Shown here one piece after another: positions 8,403 through 19,200 of a stretch of DNA of 64,000 bases; position 1 is the stretch's first letter, and every line of letters begins with the position of its first letter. This DNA is from a virus (lineage: Duplodnaviria; Caudoviricetes). The notes beneath the pieces are model-generated. The model searched no databases. It was not told the origin of the DNA and worked only from the letters and a program-made list of their open reading frames with translations. Position numbers and translations under genes: made by a program. Location of the stretch: IMG/VR virus record IMGVR_UViG_3300033076_000375, positions 96,001 to 160,000 of that record. The stretch is one strand, 5' to 3'.

Positions 8403-10277
8403 ATGACAGGTTATAGTTTAAAATCAGTTAAAGGTATCATAACAGCAGATGTTTTGACTGCACCTGATGGTAACATTCAACTAGGTAATGTAACTATCAG
8501 TAATAGTTTGGGTAACGTTACTCAATCAGATTTCTTGCCGTTTAGCTTAACAATCAATCCAGAAAACTTAGTCATCAACGTTGATGCTGTGGACGCAGGT
8601 GACGACATACATTGGTTATGGACATGGCAACAAACTACGTTGCCTTACGCACGTGCTACAATTACTAACCAGCAACAGTTAAGTGTTCCGTTATATAAAG
8701 ACGGTACATATGTGTTTAACAACTTTGCATCGAATGTAATGCACGGTAACATGACTCAAGGGCATCATGGTTATTTCAAGTGGATCGACGGCGCCGGTAC
8801 TGAGAACTTAATCGACTGGGCTAGTAACTATACACATACTACTGCATCACATGCAAGTATCAATGGTGGTGCAAACACTACAGTTCAGCAGTATTCATTC
8901 ACAGTTCCTTCCTCAATCACAATCCCGACGTTAACTGCACCTAATGTTAGTTATAATGTTGCTGTTGTAAACAACGCATACTATTTGTCAGGTGATGCAG
9001 GTGAAGGTACTAACGTTACACTAGGACCTGTTCGCAGAGGTGGCACATACACATTTAACTTAGATACTAGTTTATTAGGACATAACTTCTATATCACTAC
9101 TGATAACGGTACTGGTTTTGTTGCAAATACATATGTAGGTGAATACACTACTGGTATTACTGGTAGTAGAAATGACGGTTCTACTGGCAAAACTACGTTA
9201 GTTTGGAACGTTGCAAATACTGCTCCAGACACATTGTTCTATCAATCAGCACAGGATGCTAACATTCGTGGTGCAATTACAGTTAAAGATTTAACAGTTG
9301 AAACTAACATCAACGGTAATCCAGTTGTATACTTTCAGCACATGCACGAAGGTCACAAGACTCCTATCGAGATTAAACCAATTCCAACGATGGTTAATCA
9401 AATGTGTTTGGTTTATGATGCCGGTTTACAAGAGTTCGTTCCGCAGGATATGGCAACATATGTTGACAACACTCCTAGCTTTAAAAACAAGATTCGTGAA
9501 GTTGCAGGTACTGCAACATTAGTTGCACCGAGTGGTGTTTCTTTAGTACCTACAGTTCTAGTTGTTGAGAACGTAAGCTACTTGCCATTAGTTGGTAATA
9601 AAGATGGTGACATTGCGTTTGATTCGTATACTGACACATTATATGTTTGGGGTGGTAATACTTGGAATAGTACAAAACCAAATACGATTTCTGCAACTAA
9701 TATTACTGGTACTGTAGCAAACGCAACGGCTGCTGTAACTGCTACTACTGCAAGTACAGTCACTACAAATGCACAACCCAACGTTACAAGTGTAGGTACA
9801 TTAGCAAACTTGACTGCTAGTGGTACTATTAATTTAACTACTGCGTCAAGTGTTAGTTTGGGCAACATTGCTAACGTTAAGATTGACGGTGGTGTTGCAA
9901 ACTATGTATTGAAAACTGATGGAACTGGTAACTTATCTTGGACTGCACAATCAGGTGGTTTGACAACGTTTACTAAAACATATTTGTCAAAGGGTACTAT
10001 TACTGAGGCAACCGGGACATTGCGCTATTACATTCATGCTACCTCTACTTTAACTGCGATTAATGCATACTTGGGCACAACTGGCTTGACACAAACAGTT
10101 GCTGTCGTAAAGAAGAATGGGACCTCAATAAATACTATTACGATACCGGCAAATACTGCTACATTGAATCAAACTGGTCTTTCTATTAGTTTAGCTGCAG
10201 GGGACTACTTGACCGTAGATATTACTCGAGGTAGTAGCGCAACGGATTTATACATTAATTTTGTGTATCAAGGATAA
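8403..10277 (+). CDS. Fibre protein with cupredoxin-like module(s) and a type-D C-terminal beta-sandwich
   Basis: RRGGTYTF..GHNFYI..APDTLFYQ module; AQPNVTSVGTL repeat; C-terminus KKNGTSI..AGDYLTVDI..ATDLYINFVY is shared with 16291-20508. Confidence 0.75.
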   Translation: MTGYSLKSVKGIITADVLTAPDGNIQLGNVTISNSLGNVTQSDFLPFSLTINPENLVINVDAVDAGDDIHWLWTWQQTTLPYARATITNQQQLSVPLYKDGTYVFNNFASNVMHGNMTQGHHGYFKWIDGAGTENLIDWASNYTHTTASHASINGGANTTVQQYSFTVPSSITIPTLTAPNVSYNVAVVNNAYYLSGDAGEGTNVTLGPVRRGGTYTFNLDTSLLGHNFYITTDNGTGFVANTYVGEYTTGITGSRNDGSTGKTTLVWNVANTAPDTLFYQSAQDANIRGAITVKDLTVETNINGNPVVYFQHMHEGHKTPIEIKPIPTMVNQMCLVYDAGLQEFVPQDMATYVDNTPSFKNKIREVAGTATLVAPSGVSLVPTVLVVENVSYLPLVGNKDGDIAFDSYTDTLYVWGGNTWNSTKPNTISATNITGTVANATAAVTATTASTVTTNAQPNVTSVGTLANLTASGTINLTTASSVSLGNIANVKIDGGVANYVLKTDGTGNLSWTAQSGGLTTFTKTYLSKGTITEATGTLRYYIHATSTLTAINAYLGTTGLTQTVAVVKKNGTSINTITIPANTATLNQTGLSISLAAGDYLTVDITRGSSATDLYINFVYQG

Positions 10278-10280
10278 CAT

Positions 10281-10562
10281 ATGAAATTTGAAGAATTTAA
10301 CGATATTTTTAGAACACCGTTTCTACTACCATGGGAGCATGACTATTATTCTGCGTTTTTTACTGAACAAAAAACACCGCAGGAATTTTTAGATTATGTG
10401 TATCAAACTATTCCTGGACTAAGTGGTGTTTGGTATGAAGTTGTAGGTAACATGGCATATTTTATTGTAAAAAAGGGTACAGTTGTCCCCGAAGATTTTG
10501 CTGATATATTGAACGTAGTCACTGACATACCAGAGCAACCAACAGATGAGGGGACAGTATAA
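10281..10562 (+). CDS. Small acidic protein (type-D cassette; possible assembly chaperone)
   Basis: 93 aa, acidic, with non-fibre composition; positional counterpart of 20533-20829. Confidence 0.7.
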   Translation: MKFEEFNDIFRTPFLLPWEHDYYSAFFTEQKTPQEFLDYVYQTIPGLSGVWYEVVGNMAYFIVKKGTVVPEDFADILNVVTDIPEQPTDEGTV

Positions 10563-11806
10563 TGTACGTTAAATTAAACTTTACAGCGGATAAACAACTT
10601 AACACTATTTTTCGTATTGTTGACCAGATTATCAATAATTCAGGTATTACTAGCATTGCTACCTTAAGTAGTACTGCAACATCAAACTCATGGTGGTCAG
10701 GATTGTTATCAAATTTAGATACTGCAAACAGTGAAATCATCAGAACTGGCACAGGTAATACAGCATTAACATCAAACACTAAGTCAAAGTACGTAAAATC
10801 TGCCGCGGAAACAGCATCAGATTCACATGAGTGGACAGTTGAATTCTCAACATATGACGCAACCAGTACAAAATATTATGTTCAACATTATGGGACTGGT
10901 GCAGGTGCTTTACTTAGTCTTGGTAGAGTGGGTGTTAGTATTTCAGGCTCAATGACTACAGGCGCGACTCCTGTAGCACAAACTGACACTGCATCTACTG
11001 CCGGCACGTCAGTTGGATTGAATACTACTGGAACAGCATTAGCTAGTTCCGCAAACATGGCGTATTCATCAACCGGTTTTACTAACGTTAGAACATTCAT
11101 AATGTACATCACTGATAAGTGTATGATATGGGCTACTACTAATACTGCAACATATAATAGTGGTTTTGGCGGAACATACAGTAATTCTGCTAACTATTGT
11201 GGACCTTGGATTTATAGTCAATACACTAGATTTGATTATCACAATACTAATGCGAACGGTATCATCCCACTCGCATTTACTAACTTTACTATTGCAAACG
11301 GTCAAGGTTTTGGTGGAGCTACAAACTACTGGAATGCTACAGAAAACGTTTTAGCAACTAGTCAGGCAACTCAAACACTACGAGTAATGAATTGTGTTAA
11401 CGCTTATCCTACTACTGGAGCTAGTTTTCCGATTGTTGTTGCCCCTACAGTTAGTTGGGGCATAGGGTCACGTTATAGCGATACTGCTGCATTGAATGCC
11501 ACAGCAGCCGGGGCAGTAGGCACAGCTACAGCGGCAACATACGGTGCAGTAATTTTTAACACAGTAAGTACACGATACCCAAGTGCCGATTTAAAAACAC
11601 AAACATTTGGAATGTTGCCGATGACTTGGCGACACCTCAACTATTACAATGCCGGTGGTGATATAAGCGCACAGGGTAACTTTTATGTGTTTAATGGTGA
11701 TTATTTCCCAGGTGACGAATATAGTTATGGTGGAAAAACCTACAAAATCATCCCGACATTTATCGGATACAGCCAACGTGTTGGCATTGCAATACCCAAG
11801 GAATAA
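10562..11806 (+). CDS. Putative fibre-tip / receptor-binding subunit (paralog of 11809-13044)
   Basis: TAATG overlap; FTNVRTF, QYTRFDYHN..NGI.P and FNGDY.PGD.Y...RVGIAIPKE are shared with the next gene. Confidence 0.75.
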   Translation: MYVKLNFTADKQLNTIFRIVDQIINNSGITSIATLSSTATSNSWWSGLLSNLDTANSEIIRTGTGNTALTSNTKSKYVKSAAETASDSHEWTVEFSTYDATSTKYYVQHYGTGAGALLSLGRVGVSISGSMTTGATPVAQTDTASTAGTSVGLNTTGTALASSANMAYSSTGFTNVRTFIMYITDKCMIWATTNTATYNSGFGGTYSNSANYCGPWIYSQYTRFDYHNTNANGIIPLAFTNFTIANGQGFGGATNYWNATENVLATSQATQTLRVMNCVNAYPTTGASFPIVVAPTVSWGIGSRYSDTAALNATAAGAVGTATAATYGAVIFNTVSTRYPSADLKTQTFGMLPMTWRHLNYYNAGGDISAQGNFYVFNGDYFPGDEYSYGGKTYKIIPTFIGYSQRVGIAIPKE

Positions 11807-11808
11807 CG

Positions 11809-13044
11809 ATGTTCATCAAACTTCAATACACAGCAGATACTAGAATTACAGTACCACTTCGTACTCTAAAGGAAATTATTAATAATAGTGCAATAACTAG
11901 TGTAAGTTCACTTCAATCAGCTTGGACCACCTGGGACACTGGTTTAAAAGCAAACTTTGACACAGCAAACAGTAATATTGTAAGAACTAATAGTCCAACT
12001 AGTACAGTCGCACATTTTTGTGTAAACCCGTCGGCATCGTATTCATACCTAACATACGGGGAATTTGCATTCACTATAGAACAAGCTACGTATGATGCTT
12101 CTAGTTCTAAGATATATACCCAGTTATCTAGTGCAACAACTACTCAAACAGTATTACTAAATATCGGGAGTGCAATTACAGGTGGAACTATAGCATCCGC
12201 AAGTGCAGCAGTTACTGTCTCAGAAAGTGCCAGTTCAACTGGTTATGGAACTTCATTGACAGTGGGTGGCAATACGTTAGGTAGTGGTAATGCATTGTTA
12301 ACTAGCGGTAGTGGATTCTCAAACGTCAGAACTTTTTGGGCGTATGTCACTGATAGATGTTTCTTCTTTGCTACTACAAATGGAACAACATATAACAGTG
12401 GCTGGGGAACTACTTATAATGATAGTACTAAATTCGGCGGACCGTTCTTTCAAACACAGTATACTCGATACGACTATCATAATTTAGATAGTAACGGTAT
12501 TGTTCCTGTAATCTATACTAGTCCTCGCGGCACAGGTATTGGGTACGGAACTACCAATGATTTGACGACAGTGCAGAATATTTTATATACTACTAACACG
12601 ACTACAGTTCCTATTAGAGCCCATAGTATTGTTTCTGCTCTCCCTCAAGTGGGATCTGCCTGGCCAAAGATTTATAATCCATATGTTAACATGACATATG
12701 CAAGTAGATCCACCCAATCATACGCAGCTAACCAAATACAAGTTATAGGTACAACAACGTCATCTACATTACCTAGTTATGCCGGTGGTATTTCTACAGC
12801 CGCTTCAACTAGATATCCTAATGCTACGTTGACTGCAACAGGGTTTGGTTTAATGCCGTTTGGTTGGGAAGCAAATTATTACGGAAATCACGGTGGTAAT
12901 GCAAGTGAACAATGTGGAGTATACATCTTTAATGGCGATTATGTTCCGGGTGATACTTTTACGTACAACAACAAAGTATACATGATTTGGCCTATGACCT
13001 CTGGGTATAGCAACAGAGTCGGGTTTGCTGTTCCGATGGAATAA
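11809..13044 (+). CDS. Putative fibre-tip / receptor-binding subunit (paralog of 10562-11806)
   Basis: Colinear similarity over the full length; ends RVGFAVPME. Confidence 0.75.
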   Translation: MFIKLQYTADTRITVPLRTLKEIINNSAITSVSSLQSAWTTWDTGLKANFDTANSNIVRTNSPTSTVAHFCVNPSASYSYLTYGEFAFTIEQATYDASSSKIYTQLSSATTTQTVLLNIGSAITGGTIASASAAVTVSESASSTGYGTSLTVGGNTLGSGNALLTSGSGFSNVRTFWAYVTDRCFFFATTNGTTYNSGWGTTYNDSTKFGGPFFQTQYTRYDYHNLDSNGIVPVIYTSPRGTGIGYGTTNDLTTVQNILYTTNTTTVPIRAHSIVSALPQVGSAWPKIYNPYVNMTYASRSTQSYAANQIQVIGTTTSSTLPSYAGGISTAASTRYPNATLTATGFGLMPFGWEANYYGNHGGNASEQCGVYIFNGDYVPGDTFTYNNKVYMIWPMTSGYSNRVGFAVPME

Positions 13045-13046
13045 TT

Positions 13047-13415
13047 ATGGCACAACCTAAGATAAAAATTGCATGTGTTGCAAATCTCTATACTAGAGAA
13101 ATGCGTTTTGAAAAAGCAGGTGATACTGAACTTGGTCACAAGCATCCGTTCAACCATATTACATTTTTATCTTCAGGTAAGTTAAAAGTTGAAACAGAAC
13201 TTGGTGTTTCTGAATTTTCTGCCCCCCAAATGGTTTTCATTCACAAAGACTATATACACGAATTGACTGCATTAGAAGATAACACCGTAGCTTATTGCAT
13301 TCATGCATTAAGAAACGGTGACGGTATTGATGACATTATTGATGAAGATATGATACCTGCGGGAATGAACGCACCTGAAATTTTTGAAATAGTGAAAACT
13401 GTTAGCCTAGGATAA
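13047..13415 (+). CDS. Cupin-fold protein
   Basis: GHKHPFNHITFLSSGKL (cupin motif 1) and VFIHKDYIHELTALED (motif 2). Confidence 0.75.
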   Translation: MAQPKIKIACVANLYTREMRFEKAGDTELGHKHPFNHITFLSSGKLKVETELGVSEFSAPQMVFIHKDYIHELTALEDNTVAYCIHALRNGDGIDDIIDEDMIPAGMNAPEIFEIVKTVSLG

Positions 13416-13417
13416 TT

Positions 13418-16258
13418 ATGTCAAGCCAATTAAATATATACAATTTCCCAGATGCGTATTCAACGTTAGTTAGTGGATATACTGGGACAGTAAAATATAT
13501 ATCAAGTACAGGTAGCAATTCAAACAACGGAGATGCAGCCACTACTCCGTACTTAACGGTGGATTATGCGTATTCACAAACATCTGCTGTATCAAGAGTA
13601 ATGTTTGTGATACTTGAAGGCACGTATACCATGACAGCCGTTTCTAATGGCAACTCAGTCGCACTACAAGATGGTGGGAATGAACGAGTTTTTGTTGGAT
13701 GTCCAGGTAGAACTATAATTCAATGGACTGCTTCTACCGCTGATAGAGATTCTCCTATGGTGCAGTTCACTAATGCCGCTAGTGCTATGTACGGTATTAT
13801 TGCGAAACGTAACAACAACAGTCGTACAACAAGTTACATGACTGCTTTCTTTAAGGCGGTTGCTAAGGGTAATTTATATAATTGCGTTTTTACTGAAACA
13901 AACTCAGGAAATCTATGGAGTTATCAATACGATAACTATGGGCAAAACAATATTACTATTAGAAATTGTACTTTTTATAACGCCGCAGCTCCCGTCGGTA
14001 ACTATTCTAATGCAGGTACCTGTGCAACAATCGATACAGTTTTCAACACTACTTGTACGACTGGCGGCACTGAAACAAACGTATTAAAGTCGCAAACAGT
14101 TAACAGTACAACATACGTAACAACTGGAGTAACTACTGCTGGTGTATATTCTGGTACATACGCATGGAACGGTGCGATGACAGTACCCATATCAACTGCT
14201 GTAGTTTCTGCTACGACAGGTTCCCCCACGACATCGATATTTAGTGATGGTACAACATCATACAAATACTATGCATTTACTACCAGTGGATCAATTACAT
14301 TTAGCACCGGCGGAGCTGTAGATATTTTAACAGTTGCTGGTGGCGGCGGTGGTGGCGGCGGAACATTAGGTGGCGGGGGCGGCGCGGGTGGCTTACTAGT
14401 TACTTCAACTACTGTGTCTGGTGGCACAGCTACTAATTTAACCGCTGATGCTGCTTATAACAGTCAAGGTTGGGTCACTGCAAGTACAGATTATACCGGT
14501 ACGACTAGAGCATATTCGTTTAGTGCTACACTTCAAGCATCATCAGGCGGCGCAAGAACAATAGCTTTACCTGAAATAGATACTTACTTTGAAGTATTAG
14601 TTTCTGCAGGTAATATGGAGCCTTTATGTGGTTTAGCTAGAGATTCTAGTACAGGTGGATATAATAATGTACCTTGCCTCTATTTGTTTAGCGGGGCAGG
14701 ATATGGTGGGGTGACTGGTGGAACTACCCTTGGCGCATTCGTGGCAGGAGATGTCCTGCAAGTTGCATATAAGGCTTCTACAAATAAAGTTTACTTTGGT
14801 AAAAATAATACCTGGTATACTAGTCCAACTGCTACTGCAGGTTTCTCTATTCCCGGCACAGGCTCACTTAGATTTATTATGATGGCAGGATCATCTGCTG
14901 GATCAACATCGTCAGGTACATTTAGAAATTCTGCTCAAAACTCTTATGCTGCGCCGAGTGGTTACAGTGTATTCAGTTCACCGACATATACTATCACTGT
15001 CGGTGCTGGCGGCGCATCTACTACTAACGTTGGTAACAATGGTAGCAACACTGTGGTATCCGGTACTGGTGTCAGCATCGCCGCAGTTGGTGGTGGTGCT
15101 GGCGGCACGTATGGCACAACCAGCACTATCGGTCAAAACGGTGGCTCTGGAGGCGGTGGCACGTACTATCCGACCACTACAGCCGGCGTGGGTGTTTACC
15201 CAGGATCAACATATTTAAGTCAGACTCGTCAGGGCTACAACGGTGGCGTTGGTAGAAACTTCTCAGTTGGTGCTGGTACTGGTGGAGGTGGCGGTGCTGG
15301 TGCTGCGGGTGCCGATGCTGGTGCAAATGATCCAGGACCATCCGGCGCTGGTGGTGTTGGACTCAGACTTAATTATAATGGGTCAAATGTGTACTACGCC
15401 GGCGGCGGGGGTGGCGGTGGATACGGTGCTGGCGGAGATATCGGCGGAGCAGGCGGTCTCGGTGGTGGTGCTGGTGGAGCCGGTGTTGTTCTGGGAACAA
15501 GCGACACTACTAGGGGTGCAGTTGCACCTACATCAGGCGTCGGTGGTGCTGCTGGTGTTAACACCGGCGGCGGGGGTGGCGGTGCAGCAGGCACCGGCGG
15601 CGCAGGCGGTTCTGGTATTGTTATTATTAGATATACAGTACAACCTGCAGGACTATATGCCAGTGCAAACACCGCGGTCGGTGGCTCTAATCTAACGTTT
15701 ACTCTATATTCTGCAAACACTGGTAATATTCCATATACAATTACTGGGATTACATCTGATGTAATCAATAATGCGTCCCTTACTGGAAACTTTGTTATGT
15801 CATCTGGATCGGGAACAGCAACATTTACAGTTAAACCGTTGTTAACATCGACATACACAATGAATATGTCCGCAGACGGGTCAAACATAAACGTTGCGTT
15901 ATCTCCTAACGTATCTATTACGACTGCAATTAACGGTATAGGGTATTCTGCTAATACTGCTTACTTAGCAAGCCCAATCACAGGACAGATGAACATCCCA
16001 AAAACCGGATTAACTGTCACTGACTTCTCATTATCTGCTAAATCTAATGGGATTGAGGGGCAAATGAATATTCCAGATATGGTTACTACTGTTACCGATA
16101 TAACATTAGGTACAAAATCATTGCTTCCTGTATTTGGAAATTTACAGTCTAATACAATTCTACCGTATACTACTATCACTACAACTACGGCTGGTCCTAT
16201 CGACCAGGGTATTATTAAATTATTCGGTGAGAGTCCAAATCGAGAGTACTGGATATAA
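13418..16258 (+). CDS. Multi-domain adhesin: beta-helix-like N-terminus, glycine-rich domain with a nested SPRY-like insert, C-terminal anchor
   Basis: KYISSTGSNSNNG..PYLTV; ILTVAGGGGGG..GGSGIVIIRY; insert with YFEV, GDVLQVA..VYFGKNNTW and YAAPSGY. Confidence 0.75.
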   Translation: MSSQLNIYNFPDAYSTLVSGYTGTVKYISSTGSNSNNGDAATTPYLTVDYAYSQTSAVSRVMFVILEGTYTMTAVSNGNSVALQDGGNERVFVGCPGRTIIQWTASTADRDSPMVQFTNAASAMYGIIAKRNNNSRTTSYMTAFFKAVAKGNLYNCVFTETNSGNLWSYQYDNYGQNNITIRNCTFYNAAAPVGNYSNAGTCATIDTVFNTTCTTGGTETNVLKSQTVNSTTYVTTGVTTAGVYSGTYAWNGAMTVPISTAVVSATTGSPTTSIFSDGTTSYKYYAFTTSGSITFSTGGAVDILTVAGGGGGGGGTLGGGGGAGGLLVTSTTVSGGTATNLTADAAYNSQGWVTASTDYTGTTRAYSFSATLQASSGGARTIALPEIDTYFEVLVSAGNMEPLCGLARDSSTGGYNNVPCLYLFSGAGYGGVTGGTTLGAFVAGDVLQVAYKASTNKVYFGKNNTWYTSPTATAGFSIPGTGSLRFIMMAGSSAGSTSSGTFRNSAQNSYAAPSGYSVFSSPTYTITVGAGGASTTNVGNNGSNTVVSGTGVSIAAVGGGAGGTYGTTSTIGQNGGSGGGGTYYPTTTAGVGVYPGSTYLSQTRQGYNGGVGRNFSVGAGTGGGGGAGAAGADAGANDPGPSGAGGVGLRLNYNGSNVYYAGGGGGGGYGAGGDIGGAGGLGGGAGGAGVVLGTSDTTRGAVAPTSGVGGAAGVNTGGGGGGAAGTGGAGGSGIVIIRYTVQPAGLYASANTAVGGSNLTFTLYSANTGNIPYTITGITSDVINNASLTGNFVMSSGSGTATFTVKPLLTSTYTMNMSADGSNINVALSPNVSITTAINGIGYSANTAYLASPITGQMNIPKTGLTVTDFSLSAKSNGIEGQMNIPDMVTTVTDITLGTKSLLPVFGNLQSNTILPYTTITTTTAGPIDQGIIKLFGESPNREYWI

Positions 16259-16263
16259 TCCTT

Positions 16264-16272
16264 GACTAAATA
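16264..16272 (+). promoter_or_regulatory. T4-late-like promoter GACTAAATA
   Basis: Intergenic; TAAATA + 6 nt + AAGG; 18 nt before the ATG. The same 9-mer recurs at 27659, 36442 and 43768. Confidence 0.7.
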
Positions 16273-16290
16273 GTATATAAGGGTTATAAA

Positions 16291-19200
16291 ATGGCATCAC
16301 CAATCACAGTAATCAAATCACGCGGTATAGACACTACCGGTGATTATGTCGTTAATAGTATATCAAGTACCGGCAATGTATCTGCTGGAAATATCAAATC
16401 TGACCATTTGCTATATGCAAACGGTACACCCTACGCATTCACATCAAATGCAGCCGGAACAAATACGCAAGTTCAGTTCAATGATGCAAACAACTTTGCA
16501 GGGTCTGCAAATCTAACATTCAATAAAACTACAGGTACATTAACTGCTAATTTCTTTGTTGGTGATGGTTCACAACTAACCGGCTTACCTGCGAGCTACA
16601 CTGATACAAATGCAAACAGTGCCATTGACGCACGTGTAACTAAGTCATTTATTGACAACTTGAACGTAGATGCTGATACGTTAGATGGGTTATCTTCTTT
16701 AGATTTTGCAACTGCTGCACAAGGTACAAAAGCAGACACTGCACTTCAAGCAGCAGACTTATCTGGGTATGCCACTGAATCATATGTAGGTAATGCGGTT
16801 GCTAATTTAGTTAACTCTGCACCTGCTTTATTAGATACATTAGGTGAACTAGCAAACGCAATCGGTAATGACGCTAGTTTCACCACAACAATTACCAATC
16901 AATTGGCAAACAAAGCAGATACCGCAGATTTATCGACTGTGGCGTTGACTGGTAACTATGCTGACTTGAATAATAAGCCAACACTGTTTGATGGTACGTA
17001 TGCTAACCTAACCGGTAAGCCTTCGTTATTTGATGGTGAATATGCATCATTGGCAAACAAGCCAACATTGTTCAGTGGATCATACTTAGATTTAACAAAT
17101 ACCCCAACGCTATTTGATGGCACTTACGCAAACTTAACAGGTAAACCTTCGTTTGCTACCGTAGCAACAAGTGGTAGTTATACTGATTTGATTGACAAGC
17201 CTTCGTTATTCGATGGTGAATATGCATCATTGGCAAATAAGCCAGCGCTATTTGATGGCACTTATGCAAACTTAACAGGTCTGCCGACTTTATTCGACGG
17301 TGAATATTCTTCTCTTGCAAATAAGCCAAGTTTGTTTGATGGAACATATGCTAACTTAACTGGCAAGCCAACACTAGGCACTGCGGCAGCAACTGACGCT
17401 AATGCATACGCAACAGCGGCACAAGGTACAAAGGCTGATACTGCATTGCAATCAGCAGACTTAGCAGGTTATGCAACTGAGACTTATGTTACAAATGCTA
17501 TTGCAAATATACCTAATCCTGCATCAGTAACAGTTAGTTCAACTGCACCTGCATCGCCCATTGAGGGTGATTTGTGGTTAGATAGTGATACAGGTGAGAT
17601 GAGCATTTACTTTGGTAATGCTTGGGTGGCACCGACAACATCTGTATCAACTGCGTTGACAGTAACAGCCAATGCTCAACCAAACATCACATCAGTTGGA
17701 ACTCTAACTGGCTTAACTGTCGATGGTAATGTTACTGCTAACTATTTCATTGGTAATGGTTCTCAGTTGACTGGCATGTATTCTAATACAAATGCAAATG
17801 CAGCAATCGATGCGAGAGTAACAAAATCATTTGTAGACAACTTATCAGTAGTCGCCAACGTTGCCAATGTTGCGTACTCAGTATCAGGGTCAAATGTATC
17901 TGGACAAGTATCAAATGCACTAGTGGCAGGTACTGTTTACACAAACGCCCAGCCAAACATTACATCAGTTGGTACTCTAACTGGATTAACTGTAACAGGC
18001 TTATTGACTGCTACTGGCACCGGAGTCAAAACAGCAAACATTGTTGATACTTCTGGTACTATCGCTATCAGCACTAGATATAATAATGTGCCTGGTGCGA
18101 TTGGCATAGCTAATGACTTGACTGCACCTGGAAACATAACCGCTAATTATTTCATCGGTGATGGTTCACAATTAACCGGATTACCAGTAAGCTACACAGA
18201 TACAAATGCAAATGCAGCCATTGATGCTCGTGTAACTAAGACATTTGTTGATAACTTGGGTGTAAATGCTAGTACATTGAATGGGCACTCAGATACGTAT
18301 TTTGCTACAAGCACTCAAGGTAGTTTAGCTGATTCAGCAGTTCAACCCGGAGACTTAGCTACAGTCGCTACTAGTGGCTCTTATAATGATTTGTTGAATA
18401 CACCAACACTATTTGATGGCACTTATGCTAACTTAACTGGTAAACCCACACTATTCGATGGTGAGTATGCGTCATTGGCAAATAAGCCAGCACTATTTGA
18501 TGGCACTTATGCTAACTTAACCGGTAAACCCACACTAGGTACAGCAGCCGCTACTAATGCTAATGCATATGCAACTGCGGCACAGGGGTTATTAGCTGAC
18601 TCTGCAATTCAGTCTGGTGCAAACATTAGCGTCTTTACAAACGATAGCGGATATTTAGTTGCGGCTAACTTATCTGGGTATGCAACTGAAACGTATGTAG
18701 GTACCCAAATCAGTAACTTAGTTGATGCAGCACCAGCCACACTAAACACACTAAACGAATTAGCTGCCGCATTGGGAGATGATGCTAATTTTGCAACTAC
18801 TATTGCTAACTCAATTGGTAATAAGTTATCAACATCAGATTTTACAACTACGGCTGATACTTGGTTGGGTACAAAATCAACTACTGATTTAGCTGAAGGC
18901 ACTAACTTATATTATACTACAACTAGAGCAAACAGTGCCATTGATGCACGTGTAACCAAGACGTTCGTTGACAACTTATCAGTAGTTGCAAACGTTGCCA
19001 ACGTTGCTTATTCAGTAGCAGTTGCTAATGTATCAGGCATCGGTAACATTGCTACATTAAACTTAAACGGTAATGCAAGTACTATACTATATGGTAATGG
19101 AACCTTTGCTGCTGCACCAGTAACATATAACGATTCAAATGTTGCTACATACTTACCAAATTATACAGGTAACTTAACTCCTGGTAACATCATCATTAGC

